From positions 1,178,001-1,242,000 of the forward strand of contig CDROCS010000288.1 of NCBI GenBank assembly GCA_977020255.1: a DNA stretch of 64,000 bases. The letters run 5' to 3'. The DNA is from Obrimoposthia wandeli. Its lineage: Eukaryota. The position numbers were made by a program, and so were the translations under genes. The notes beneath the pieces are model-generated. The model saw nothing but the letters and a program-made list of their open reading frames with translations. It ran no database searches and was not told the origin of the DNA. This document shows positions 51,330 through 64,000 of this stretch, one piece after another (the stretch's first letter is position 1; each line of letters starts with the position of its first letter).

Positions 51330-52440
51330 TTGACTTGTAAATATAATATTATAATTTTGCATATATTCACTTTAATATGTTGTAAGTTATTACTTTAATA
51401 TAATTTACAACCTAAACTTCAAGTAATTTACTTAATAATCTTAATATTAATGATTTGTTCGATAAATTGACTTGTAAACATAAAATATTTAAAACAAACT
51501 TCAAGTAGTTTACATATTAATCATAATTTAAGGATTTGTACAATAAATTGACTTGTAAACATAATTTATTGTGCATATTCATTTAATATATTGTAAGTTA
51601 ATACTGTAATATTTCATTACATGAAATGTAATTCATAGTTTACTGTCGTTTACAATAAATTGACTTGTAAACATAATTTATTTTGCATATATTTAGTTTA
51701 ATACGTTGTAAATTATTACTGTAATATTCCATTACATAAAAAAGTAATTGATATTTTACTGTCGTTTACTATAAATTGACTTGTAAACATAATATATTTA
51801 TGCATATATTAACTTTAATATGTTGTAACTTATTACTTTAATATCATTTTCAACAAAAACTTCAAGTAGTTTACTTATTAATCATAAGTTTAATGTTTTG
51901 TATCTTAAATTGACTTGTAAACATAATTTAATATGTTGTAAGTTATTACTTTAATATTCCATACCATAAAATTAATTGATATTTTACTATCGTTTACTAT
52001 AAATTTACTTGTAAACATAATATATTTATTCATATATTCACTTTAATACGTGTAAGTTATTACTTTATTATAATTTACAACAAAAACTTCAATTCAGTTT
52101 AATATATTGCAAGTTAATACTCTAATATTTCATTACATAAAAAGTCATTGATAGTTTACTATCGTTTACAATAAATTTATTTGTAAACATACGTTATTGT
52201 GGTATTTTATCAAGTGATTTTAACCTTAAACTGTAAAAATATTTTAATTATAAAGTTAGTAGCTGTACCTCACCGACTGCATATAATATAAATTTCAAAT
52301 ATAAAGTACTATTAAGTTTATTATTTCAAATAGTAAATGTTTTTTCGAGTTATTTAATTTTGTTTACTAGACATTCGAAAATTGACTTGTAAACATAATA
52401 TAATTTTGCATATATTCACTTTAATATGTTGTAAGTTATT
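51330..52440 (+). repeat. AT-rich satellite, forward polarity (core AAATTGACTTGTAAACATAAT)
   Basis: The core recurs at roughly 80-200-bp intervals within mosaic subunits. Confidence 0.9.
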
Positions 52441-52779
52441 CGAACTTGTGTACTTGTACAAAATTTGTAGATATTTCAATAATTAAAAGCGATATAAAAG
52501 TTAATTATCAAATAATAAATAAAAAATAGTTAAATTAAATCTAATTTATGATGTTGCAATGCTAAATTCTTCTTTAAAACCAATGTTTAACATGAAATAC
52601 TTAAAATCAATGGTTTTTTTTTTTATTTTTTTTATTTTTAAAAGTAACTTTATTTAAACGTATTGGTATATGATTGATATAATACAATACTAAACTAATG
52701 TAAATTTCAGTTATGAGTTGATCAACTATGAATATTTTTAACTTATTTCTTGATTTTTACAACATTTCGAATAGTTTAC

Positions 52780-55700
52780 TTAATAATCATAATATTAATA
52801 AACTATGAATTACTTTTTATGTAATGAAATATTACAGTATTAACTTACAATATATTAAATTGAAAATATGCAAATTATATTATGTTTACAAGTCAATTTA
52901 TTGATCAAATCATTAAAATTATGATTAATAAGTAAATTACTTGAAGTTTTGGTTGTAAATTATATTAAAGTAATAACTTACAACATATTAAATTGAAAAT
53001 ATACCAAAATAAATTATGTTTACAAGTCAATTTATTGTACAAAACATTAAACTTATGTTTAATAAGTAAACTACTTGAAGTTTTTGTTGTAAATTATATT
53101 AAAGTAATAAGTTATAACATATTAAAGTTAATATATGCATAAATATATTATGTTTACAAGTCAATTTATAGTAAACGACAGTAAAATATCAATTACTTTT
53201 TATGTAAAGGAATATTACAGTAATAATTTACAACGTATTAAATGAATATGCACAATAAATTATGTTTACAAGTTAATTTATTGATCAAATCATTAAAATT
53301 ATGTTTAATAAGTAAACTACTTGAAGTTTTTGTTGTAAATTATATTAAAGTAATAACTTACAATATTTTAAACTGAATATATGCAACAACAAAAAATATT
53401 ATGTTTACAGGTCAATTTATTGTACAAAACATTAAACTTATGTTTAATAAGTAAACTACTTGAAGTTTTTGTTGAAAATTATATTAAAGTAATAACTTAC
53501 AACATATTAAAGTGAATATATGCATAAATATATTATGTTTACAAGTCAATTTATTGTAAACGATAGTAAACTATCAATTACTTTTTATGTAATGTAATAT
53601 TACAGTAATAACTTACAACGTATTAAAGTGATATATGTATAAATATATTATGATTACAAGTAAATTTATTGTACAAAACATTAAACTTATGATTAATAAG
53701 TAAACTACTTGAAGTTTTTGTAGTAAATTATATTACAGTAATAACTTACAACATTTTAAACTGTATATATGCAACAACAAATAAATATTGTAGTTTACAA
53801 GTAAATTACTTGAAGTTTTTGTTGTAAATTATATTAAAGTAATAACTTACAACATATTAAATTGAAAATATACCAAAATAAATTATGTTTACAAGTCAAT
53901 TTATTAAAAAAAACATTAAACTTATGATTAATAAGTAAACTACTTGAAGTTTTTGTTGAAAATTATATTAAAGTAATAAGTTACAACATATTAAAGTTAA
54001 TATATGCATAAATATTTTATGTTTACAAGTAAATTTATAGTAAACGACAGTAAAATATCAATTACTTTTTATGTAATGGAATATTACAGTAATAACTTAC
54101 AACGTATTAAAGTGATATATGTATAAATATATTATGATTACAAGTAAATTTATTGTACAAAACATTAAACTTATGATTAATAAGTAAACTACTTGAAGTT
54201 TTTGTTGAAAATTATATTAAAGTAATAACTTACAATATTTTAAACTGAATATATGCAACAACAAAAAATATTATGTTTACAGGGGTCAATTTACAACGTA
54301 TTAAACTAAATATATGCAAAATAAATTATGTTTACAAGTCAATTTATTGTAAACGACAGTAAACTTTGAATTACTTTTTATGTAATGAAATATTACAGTA
54401 TTAACTTACAGTATATTAAATTGAATATATGCATAAATATATTATGTTTACAAGTCAATTTTCGAATGTCTAGTAAACAAAATTAAATAACTCGAAAAAA
54501 CATTTACTATTTGAAATAATAAACTTAATAGTACTTTATATTTGAAATTTATATTATATGCAGTCGGTGAGGTACAGCTACTAACTTTATAATTAAAATA
54601 TTTTTACAGTTTAAGGTTAAAATCACTTGATAAAATACCACAATAACGTATGTTTACAAATAAATTTATTGTAAACGATAGTAAACTATCAATGACTTTT
54701 TATGTAATGAAATATTAGAGTATTAACTTACAATATATTAAACTGAATTGAAGTTTTTGTTGTAAATTATAATAAAGTAATAACTTACACGTATTAAAGT
54801 GAATATATGAATAAATATATTATGTTTACAAGTAAATTTATAGTAAACGATAGTAAAATATCAATTAATTTTATGGTATGGAATATTAAAGTAATAACTT
54901 ACAACATATTAAATTATGTTTACAAGTCAATTTATGATACAAAACATTAAACTTATGATTAATAAGTAAACTACTTGAAGTTTTTGTTGAAAATTATATT
55001 AAAGTAATAAGTTATAACATATTAAAGTTAATATATGCATAAATATATTATGTTTACAAGTCAATTTATAGTAAACGACAGTAAAATATCAATTACTTTT
55101 TATGTAAAGGAATATTACAGTAATAATTTACAACGTATTAAATGAATATGCACAATAAATTATGTTTACAAGTTAATTTATTGATCAAATCATTAAAATT
55201 ATGATTATTAAGTAAAGTACTTGAAGTTGTTTGTTGTAAATTATATTACAGTAATAACTTACAACATATTAAATTGAAAATATACAAAAAAATATACTAT
55301 GTTTACAAGTCAATGTATTGTACAAAACATTAATATTATGATTTATTAAGTAAACTACATGAAGTTTTTGTAGTAAATTATATTACAGTAATAACTTACA
55401 ACATTTTAAACTGTATATATGCAACAACAAATAAATATTGTAGTTTACAAGTAAATAACTTGAAGTTTTTGTTGTAAATTATATTAAAGTAATAACTTAC
55501 AACATATTAAATTGAAAATATACCAAAATAAATTATGTTTACAAGTCAATTTATTAAAAAAAACATTAAACTTATGATTAATAAGTAAACTACTTGAAGT
55601 TTTTGTTGAAAATTATATTAAAGTAATAAGTTACAACATATTAAAGTTAATATATGCATAAATATTTTATGTTTACAAGTAAATTTATAGTAAACGACAG

Positions 55701-56125
55701 TAAAATATCAATTACTTTTTATGTAATGGAATATTACAGTAATAATTTACAACGTATTAAACTAAATATATGCAAAATAAATTATGTTTACAAGTCAATT
55801 TATTGTAAACGACAGTAAACTATGAATTACTTTTCATGTAATGAAATATTACAGTATTAACTTACAATATATTAAATGAATATGCACAATAAATTATGTT
55901 TACAAGTCAATTTATTGTACAAATCCTTAAATTATGATTAATATGTAAACTACTTGAAGTTTGTTGTAAATATTTTATTTTTACAAGTCAATTTAATGTA
56001 CAAATCATTAATATTAAGATTATTAAGTAAATTACTTGAAGTTTAGGTTGTAAATTATATTAAAGTAATAACTTACAACATATTAAAGTGAATATATGCA
56101 AAATTAAAATATTATATTTACAAGT
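52780..56125 (-). repeat. The same satellite in reverse polarity, with higher-order duplications
   Basis: The core ATTATGTTTACAAGTCAATTT recurs ~20 times; the block starting at 53741 is repeated at 55391 (1,650-bp offset). Confidence 0.9.
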
Positions 56126-58355
56126 CAATTTTCGAATGTAAACAAAATTAAATAATTCGAAAGAACTTTTACCATTTGAAAGAATACATTTAATAGTACT
56201 TTATATTTAAAATTTATATTATATGCAGTCGACGGAATACAGCTACTAACTTTATAATTAAAATATTTTTTATAGTTTAAGGTTAAAATCACTTGATAAA
56301 AACCACAATAATGTGATAAAGAAATATTATTTAACATATAAAAATGAATTTTTGAAGAAATAAATTGAATATTCATATTATATTAATAAGACAATGACAA
56401 AAATATCAAGTAATTAAAAAAATAAAATTGTTTGTTGAGTTAATTTACTAAATTTGTATATAAATATATTTTCGAATAGTTAAAAAGAGAAATGAATATT
56501 GATAATTTCAATTATATTTACGAATATAAATTTATAATCAAGTTATTTAAAAATAAAGAATTTAAATTTATCTAATTATTTAAAATATTTCAATTAAGGA
56601 ATTTTATCAAACGAGATAAGAAATTTTAATTATTTAATTGCATGAGTATGTATGAAAGGTTAACTTTAATATGGAGGTAAACTATGTGAAAATATGAAAG
56701 TTCGCATCTTAATTATTATAACTTCATCATAACTTACATCATCTTCATTGATTGATAGTATTAATTTAATAATTAGCTAGTACTCACTTGTAGTTTAAGA
56801 TTCACTTGCAAAGATTCTTACTTGTATTTGCATTCATATTTGCATTCACTTACATTCATACTTGCATTCACTTACATTCATTCTAACTCTCATATATTTA
56901 AACTAACATTCAAATTCATTAATATATTTACTAATTTTCATTCATAATTGACATTCGTACTTGCATATTGCGTATTCTTTCTTACTTGTACTTGACCCTG
57001 CATTCATACTTGCATTAATTTACATTCAATCTAACTGTAATTTATTCAAACTATCATTCAAATACATTTAAATACATTAATATTTAATAATTTTCATTCA
57101 TACTGTCAAATTTGGTGTTGTTTTCTATTAATCTTGCCATAACTTAGTCGTTCTAATTTTTAACATACTTCAATATCACTGCTTCTTATAGTTGCTTACT
57201 TGTTATTAATTTACTGTAACTTAACATAACTTTATTCATACGAAAACTCTATTTTAATTTACTTATAGTCTAAATTACACTCGCATTCAATCAAACTATC
57301 GACACTCTTATTTTTAAATTACATTCACTTACTAAGACACTTACTTGTATTTGCATTCATTTGCATTCATACTTGTATTCATTTACATTCAATCTAACTC
57401 TCATTTTTTTTTTCAAACCTTCATTCAAATATTCAAATAAATTAATATTTTACTAATTTTCATTCATAGCGTTAAACTTAGTGTTGTTGTTTTTTTGTTT
57501 TTTTTCTTTTTCTATTAATTCCGTTGTAACTTAGTTGTTAAATCGGAAAGAATGTATAAAGAATGGATTTTCTTACTTTACAAATGTTATTCACTTAAGT
57601 TTGAAGATGATATTATGAAATTACATATTAAATATGTTTAATTTTGTATTATTCTCTGACTTCTTTCTTATTTTATTTTTTATTTTAATATATAATTGAA
57701 GTTATTTAAAGAAATTTTATCATAATTCTATAAATGTATAAGCCTAGGAAAAAAATTTTGATCTAAACTTTCACATAGAATAGTGTGTGTGTTAAAAACC
57801 ACATTCCTTAACTGATAAGAGTGAACTTTAGCCTTGATTTTCACATAGAATAGTATGTGTATTATTACGTAATACATTCCTTAACTTTTAAGTGCGAACT
57901 TTCACATGATCTTAATTATACCTTCAAAGTTTCAAGTCAAAACTGACCTTGATCCTTTGAATTATGGACGATCATAGTGGTTAGCCAAAAAGAAGGGTGG
58001 AGACTAGACCACAAAAAGAAGGGTGGAGACTATATCACAAAAAGAAGGGTGGAGACTATATCACAAAAAGAAGGATGGAGACTAGACCACTTGACCCTTT
58101 GAATTATGGTCGACCACAACCCTTTAGTGGTATATCAAAGAAGGGTGGAGACTAGATCACTTGACCCCCTCCCCCTCCCCCTCCCCTCCCCTAAAGGGTG
58201 TCACACCATAAAGGTGTCTTGCCACACCATAAGGGTATATGTTGCCTCACCAGAGGTGAGGCAACATATACTCTTATGGTGTGGCAAGACATCTTTATGG
58301 TGTGACACCCTTTAGGGGGGGGTCAAGTGATCTAGACTTCATCCTTCTACCTACT
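54390..58355 (-). repeat. Right arm of the giant inverted repeat
   Basis: See left arm; only scattered substitutions are visible by eye. Confidence 0.92.
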
Positions 58356-60244
58356 TATGATGGTTATAATCGCGTTAGTTTAAATAAAATCAGACAATCT
58401 GATCAAAATAAAATTTCAAACGGCGAAACAAAAAATTGAAGCGTTGGAGTTTCTAAATGAACAAAAAAACTTCCAACATCTCTAGATTGAGAGGAAAACG
58501 ATCTAATGACAATTGAGGATAACTTAATCTATGTACTTTGTTATTTTTTAATATGGTAAATTCCATAAACTTAATAATGTATAAAATATTTATCATTTAT
58601 AATTTGTAATTTAATTTTTACAATAATTGAACTAGAATCTCTGATAAGTTGTATTCAAAATTTCTATTAAAATAGATTTGATTTGTGCCTCAATTTTACG
58701 CAAACAGACGATTAAATATTCAGGAATAATCATTTTGGGACTGTAATGTATTCTGTTTGTTCTAATTATGTTTCTTTTATTCATTTGAATGATAACTGAA
58801 CTTTGACCACATCGACCCATAACCGAACGACGATGGCTATCGATCGAGCGAATTGGCCGTGCCCCTGAGACTGATGCTGATGACGAGGAATTAATTGACC
58901 CTTGAGGAGTTCGCTAAGCATGCGGAGCTGAAGAAAACTGCCACTTATCTTCTGACGATTCTCTCTCACTCTCTATCCGACACAATTTATCTCAATTATC
59001 CAATTTGATTGCTCTCCAATTAAATTCGACTAAGAGGACGACCTTCTTAACTGATAATCACAGTTTTAATCGAAAGTTATACCACATAAATAAGTAGACT
59101 TTCTCTAACTCTGTATTTTCTAATTATCCTTTTTGTAAGTAATAGATAACCGGTTTCACGGTGAGTAATTATCGACCATAAGCAGCAATACCTGAAAGTT
59201 ATATAAATGCTCAGACACTGTTTATTCTTAATACGTGATGTGGATAAAAGGTACCCATGCTTGTATTAAAACAAATAACATATCAAATCAGAATTTTATA
59301 TTTAGGTTACAAAAATAGAAAACATTTGACATAATATCGTGTGACTTGTTTTCCAAATAATTGTCTACAATCATCATTTGGCTTTTATCACGTAAATGTG
59401 ATTTTTAATTAGCAAACGGCCAAGAATTGGACTGAATGGAGGCAAAAGGGTGTTGCAATGCCATCAGTCCACTAGTGTATATTGTTACTAATGTGACTTT
59501 TATCATGGGTTTGAAGTGTTGTTGTACCGCCAAAAGGTGGATTTCTTTTCATTTCTGTTGTATTTCGATTACAAGGTTAGAATGGTAATGGCTTTTGATA
59601 TTTCCAGGAGTAAGTCTACCTGTAAACATGCTCAACGTCAAGTATTTACAATACATCCATTTAAAAAGAGACAAATTGGGGTTTCTTCTTGGGTGATAAC
59701 ATTGTCTAAAATGTTTCTCCAAATTGATCAAACAGTTTCAAGTTCGAAGTGCATGCAGCCAAGCGATTTTCATCATCTCGCTAGCCGTAAACTTAGGTAC
59801 GAACCTGGGTCGTATAAGGGGAATTTCTGGTGCTTAATAAATTATGATTGACAATCTCATTTATAAGAAATACAATTCATTGAACAACGTTAGTTTCCAC
59901 AAAAGTAAACTTCACATAAATGCATTCTTTTGTCATCGCACTCATTTGAAAGTTATTGATTAAACAGCGGTTTGTAGGGATATATATCATTTGAATTCAA
60001 ACTCCTGTGTGTAGAGGTATGTGATACTTCTAATCCAGCTGGTAAATGATGAGATGTGAAACATCTGTTTTCATTTCATCTTTAGCAGGGGAAAATGAAA
60101 GGTTAGCGAACAGAACATATGCTGTAAAATTAGCGAATCTGAATTAGTGAGATTACAACTATGATAGGAATTGGGGAAAAGTTTTAATTCTGTGAGATTC
60201 TTCACAAGCAGATGATGCTATTGAATGTATGATACATTCTAAAC

Positions 60245-60320
60245 CAATGCTTCTCAACCGGGGTGCACACACAAACCTGGAGTAAAATGACCCTGGGGTG
60301 CCTGGAAGTTGTGAACACTG
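60245..60320 (+). mobile_element. Possible hAT (Charlie/MER-like) left terminus
   Basis: CAATGCTTCTCAACCGGGGTG resembles the hAT MITE terminus CAGTGNTTCTCAACC; no partner end was found. Confidence 0.3.
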
Positions 60321-61419
60321 CAGGAAACTTAATGTAAATATAAAATATGTTGCTAAATTACTTTAAAACACAAGCTTATGATAAATCTGATATTGAAAAA
60401 ATGTTCACCTTTGTAATACATTTATTTTTCAAAATTAATCTTCTAAAATGTCACATACTGTTTAAAATAACTTCAATTTACAAAATTAGTTTAATAAAAT
60501 TTTCTATAATAATATTTTTCCCTTTTAATTTTAATGATTTTTCAGCTTAACAAGTTACTATAATCGATATGGCTAAAAAAAGGCAGGTCCTGAACATAGC
60601 GGAGGCTAGCATTGCAAAATTGAAAGTTTGACAATATACAGGTGTTTATTGTTAAACTTAAATTTGGGTTAAGGGTACTCAGTAATAATACACAGTTAAA
60701 ATGGCATAAGTGAAAAAAAGGGAAAATGTAACGAGGAATAAATGCACACGTTATCTGTTTAATAAATAATGAACAAAATAAATATCAAATCAGTAACTCT
60801 AAATAGAGGAAAGTTGACTCCTGAGTTAGTTTTCATTGGATAAGTTAGAGAGTTCTGATTCTATTATAGTTGGTTCAGTTTTTTTCCTCGTACAATTTTT
60901 TCCTATTTTTCGATTTGTGTCATTTTTACAAGAATTCATAGATTGGGTTATTTGCCGATCCTAATTAACTAGCTATTAATATTAAATTGAGATTTAAATC
61001 GCTGTATCTAATACTTTTCTGACTTTTTAGATTGTCTTGCAATTATCCATAAAGTAGTTCTTATTCTTTATATTTTGGCTTACAAAAATTTCATAATTAA
61101 TCATTTGAAAACTATTAAAATACTAAATCAATGATCTCAAATAGAATAAATGTTTGACTTCAGATTTTCTTCATTACTTTGACCGAAAACGCAGGTTTAC
61201 TAAAATATGTTTATAAGCAGAGAAATGCGGCAAAAAAAAAGCTTCAGAGCTTATCTTTAATTATAATTAAATAAAAATGAACGACTTTAAAAAAAGTAGA
61301 ATATACATATGTCGTCACTAAATATTTATGTTGGAGATTATAATGAGAAATTTTGAAAAAGTTTATTTAGTGTGATAATAGTTATTGAAAATTGTGTAAT
61401 TTTAACATTTAAATCAAAC

Positions 61420-61590
61420 TTCAAAACCTTTCATTTTCCATATGCAAATATTCTGTGAGACCTGCATAAAAATGTATTTTGACATTCCCCTTGATGTCAA
61501 AGACAAAATATAGGTTCCTTATATAGGGTGTTATAATTGCGAAGAAATGCTTAGTGACTAGACAAAATCAAAACAAAAGGGTCTGGAAGT
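61420..61590 (+). pseudogene. Fragment resembling the N-terminal Cys-rich domain of Chapaev3 (CMC) transposases
   Basis: Translates as KMYFDIPLDVKDKI*VPYIGCYNCEEMLSD*TKSKQKGL, close to the recalled YF..PLGDQDK.WAPH..C..C.E.LR.WTKGKRK.L motif. Confidence 0.5.
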
Positions 61591-64000
61591 AGAAATTATT
61601 TCCGAAATTGAGGAAGTACAAAGAGAACAATTACTTTTACTTTTTTAAATAATAAAATCAGACCTCACCTAGCACTACTAAAAGTAGACAACTTTCATCA
61701 AGCTATTAACAAATCTCAACTTATAGAGACCACATATGCTTTAAATATGCTTTAACAAACTGAAGTGTCTGCATTATGCTTTGAAAAACTACAAAGCTAC
61801 CACAAAACTACAAACAAACACAAAGTTTTAATCCAAACATATAATATAATTTTCAGAGTCGACAACAATTAAAAAAAACGACAAATAACATTTTCAGAGA
61901 CCAGACAAACAGAAATTATACAGATTCACAATTTACTCAAAATATGTTTGAAGTTGTAATAAATAAGTAACGACAAATTTTGCAGATTTCGTAAGAAAGA
62001 CAATCAAACTATTGAAACTTGTCAAAAACTGTTATAAAGAAATAAAAGTAAACATATATAGATGGTGAAAGATACCAGAAGAAAACACATCGATAGATAA
62101 CCATATTTATAGAATGAGATTAACAAAACGCTGGATTACAAATGTTAATAATACAAAACTCAAAATAAACGTCAAACATTGATAATACAAATATTATAAA
62201 TCAAAGCAACTTAACAACACATCTTATCAAAATAATTAGTTTAATATACAATAATACCTGAAATTATATCAATAAAGTTAAAAATTTCGCTACTCACTAA
62301 CTAACAAAATGGAAAATTCAAATCACAAGTAGACAGAAAGCAAAACATAACTATTTTGGGATAAAATCACAAAAAATATACAATACCATTTTTAAGATAA
62401 AAACACAATATAAAATTAAAATCTGATCGAATTAACAAAGTAATACACTTTATCAAAGAATTATAACAACTTACAAATATCATTATGTCATTTTAGTAAA
62501 ACACATAAGAAACATATTCATATTTACAGTTTTAATTAATTAATCGAAGTGCCACAGTTGAGTGGCGCTTTTTAAGACTGATACGCCTGGCTGTTATCTC
62601 CTGCTTTGCTTTGGGGCCATTTTCAAGTGCACCACACACACATGTAATTTTACTGCCTCTGTCTGTGTATTGGTGTCAATTTACGTGTGTGTGCCTACAA
62701 ATTTATTTAATGACAATTACGACAGAAAAATGAATATAAAACAAATAAAAAATTGGTTAGAAAAGATTGATTTGTCATATTGTTAAGGACAATTTTTAAA
62801 TTGCTGTAAAAATAAAAATTGAACAGAAATTATTGCTGACAATAATTATTACTGTTATTACTGAAGACAGATAATTTTGCTAAAAAACAATTATCCATTA
62901 AAAAATTATGAGAATTATCTAATATAACAATTGGTGAGCCCAACACAGAGTACAGAACTGGTCGTTGTTTGTGTATTTATTGTACATTTATTTTTATTGG
63001 ATATAGTAGTATTTGAGAATATATTTGAATTATATATATTTAACTATAATTTAACCGCATCGTAATGTTTCATTTAATAGTATAAAATATATTTAATATA
63101 CAAAAATAAATAAAATTTTGTTAATTATAGTAAAATTGAATAAATAAATTGTTTTTCCTATTCTTTAATTCTGCTTTAGAAATTCCATAATTTTGCAGGA
63201 GTATATTTTTATTTCTTTTTTATGTGTTTGTTTCTTTAAAATAATATTACTATAAGATAAAAAAATAAAATAATTTTAATATAAACTAGTTTTCCTTTGT
63301 TTTAAAAATAAATAAAATATGAATTATTTTGTCCCTGACAATTGGAAATTAAAATTCTTTTACATATTTACAAAATATTTTCAAAATAATCATCAGGAAT
63401 AATGTTAAAATACTAGTTGCCCAAAAACTATTTTAAACATATAAATAAATCAAAATATTAAATTTAAATAATAATATTGTTTAAATGTTACGTTGCTATG
63501 GGTTTCCTAAATTGATCTATTTAAAAACAATTTAATAAAAGTATACTTTATGAAATAATTATCAAGAAATATTTATTATGTAATTAATATTTTATATTTT
63601 AAAATGGGGTTAATATTTTTACAATTTTAACTTAATCAAAAAATAAGTATATAAATTTTGAACTTTTTTTAAAAGAGGAATAAAGATTATGCTTAGCAAG
63701 TTGTTTTTGGATAAATAAGTAAATTTTAAAATATTATAAAAGCCTGCTATTTCCATTCTCATAAACGTCTCTTGTAAGTGATGATTATTATATTTATTAA
63801 AGATTATCTAAAATTTTGATGACAAAAAGAATGTATATATAGCTAAATTTAAAACTAATAGATCTATGGTCAAACTCAGTTCTGTATTTACTATTAAAAA
63901 GTTTTAGTTATACTCCAAATGAAGTACAAAATTGAAAATAACTTCTAGCTAATTAATTTAATTTAATAATTAAAAATAACAACCAATACTAATTACTTAA

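Larger units (their letters stand above)
49124..52440 (+). repeat. Left arm of the giant inverted repeat
   Basis: Reverse complement of ~54390-58355, apart from a 21-bp deletion in the hairpin and a ~600-bp satellite expansion on the right. The identical spurious ORFs 51082-51333(+) and 56125-56376(-) mark the symmetry. Confidence 0.93.
49124..58355. mobile_element. 9,232-bp non-coding fold-back element with Maverick/Polinton-type termini (putative non-autonomous Maverick derivative)
   Basis: AGTAGGT...ACCTACT ends; perfect 6-bp TSD TATGAT (49118-49123, 58356-58361); arms are near-identical inverted copies over >3 kb; no credible ORF. Confidence 0.9.

Noticed and set aside
51330-56125. CRISPR-like array (regularly recurring ~21-bp core)
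   Set aside because: The sequences between cores are themselves repeated variants rather than unique spacers, the context is eukaryotic, and there are no cas genes. It is satellite DNA.
51082-56376. Identical 83-aa ORFs 51082-51333(+) and 56125-56376(-)
   Set aside because: These are AT-rich N/F/Y/K/I-biased chance ORFs duplicated by the inverted repeat, with no protein motif.
49124-58355. Palindrome as a pure assembly or amplification fold-back artefact
   Set aside because: The flanks are unique on both sides, there is an exact 6-bp TSD, the central spacer is unique, and the arms differ by substitutions and a 21-bp indel. Spanning reads are still needed for proof.
59400-59900. Helitron helicase-like words (PFGG, GIAT) on the minus strand
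   Set aside because: The motifs occur in the wrong order and lack surrounding conservation.

Overview
Very AT-rich, repeat-dense animal (probably invertebrate) genomic DNA; the taxon cannot be determined from the sequence. Only one host gene is clearly recognisable: an uninterrupted, GC-rich class A (peptide-receptor-like) GPCR ORF on the minus strand (1522-2919). Most of the rest is mobile DNA. There are two decayed, internally deleted Maverick/Polinton copies (4191-13607; 20630-~31562) with integrase, capsid and pPolB remnants and spliced accessory genes, and a third pPolB fragment fused to a BEL/Pao pol remnant. Also present are four Tc1/mariner remnants, a piggyBac-type MITE, a probable solo LTR, a TIR element with an 8-bp TSD and a tRNA-Leu pseudogene. 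The most striking object is a 9,232-bp gene-less, nearly palindromic element (49124-58355). It has Maverick-type AGTAGGT...ACCTACT ends, a perfect 6-bp TSD (TATGAT), >3-kb near-identical inverted arms, subterminal hairpins and an internal satellite that switches polarity, so it looks like a young non-autonomous fold-back passenger of Maverick machinery. All alignments and translations were done by eye, family assignments rest on recalled motifs, and no database search was run.
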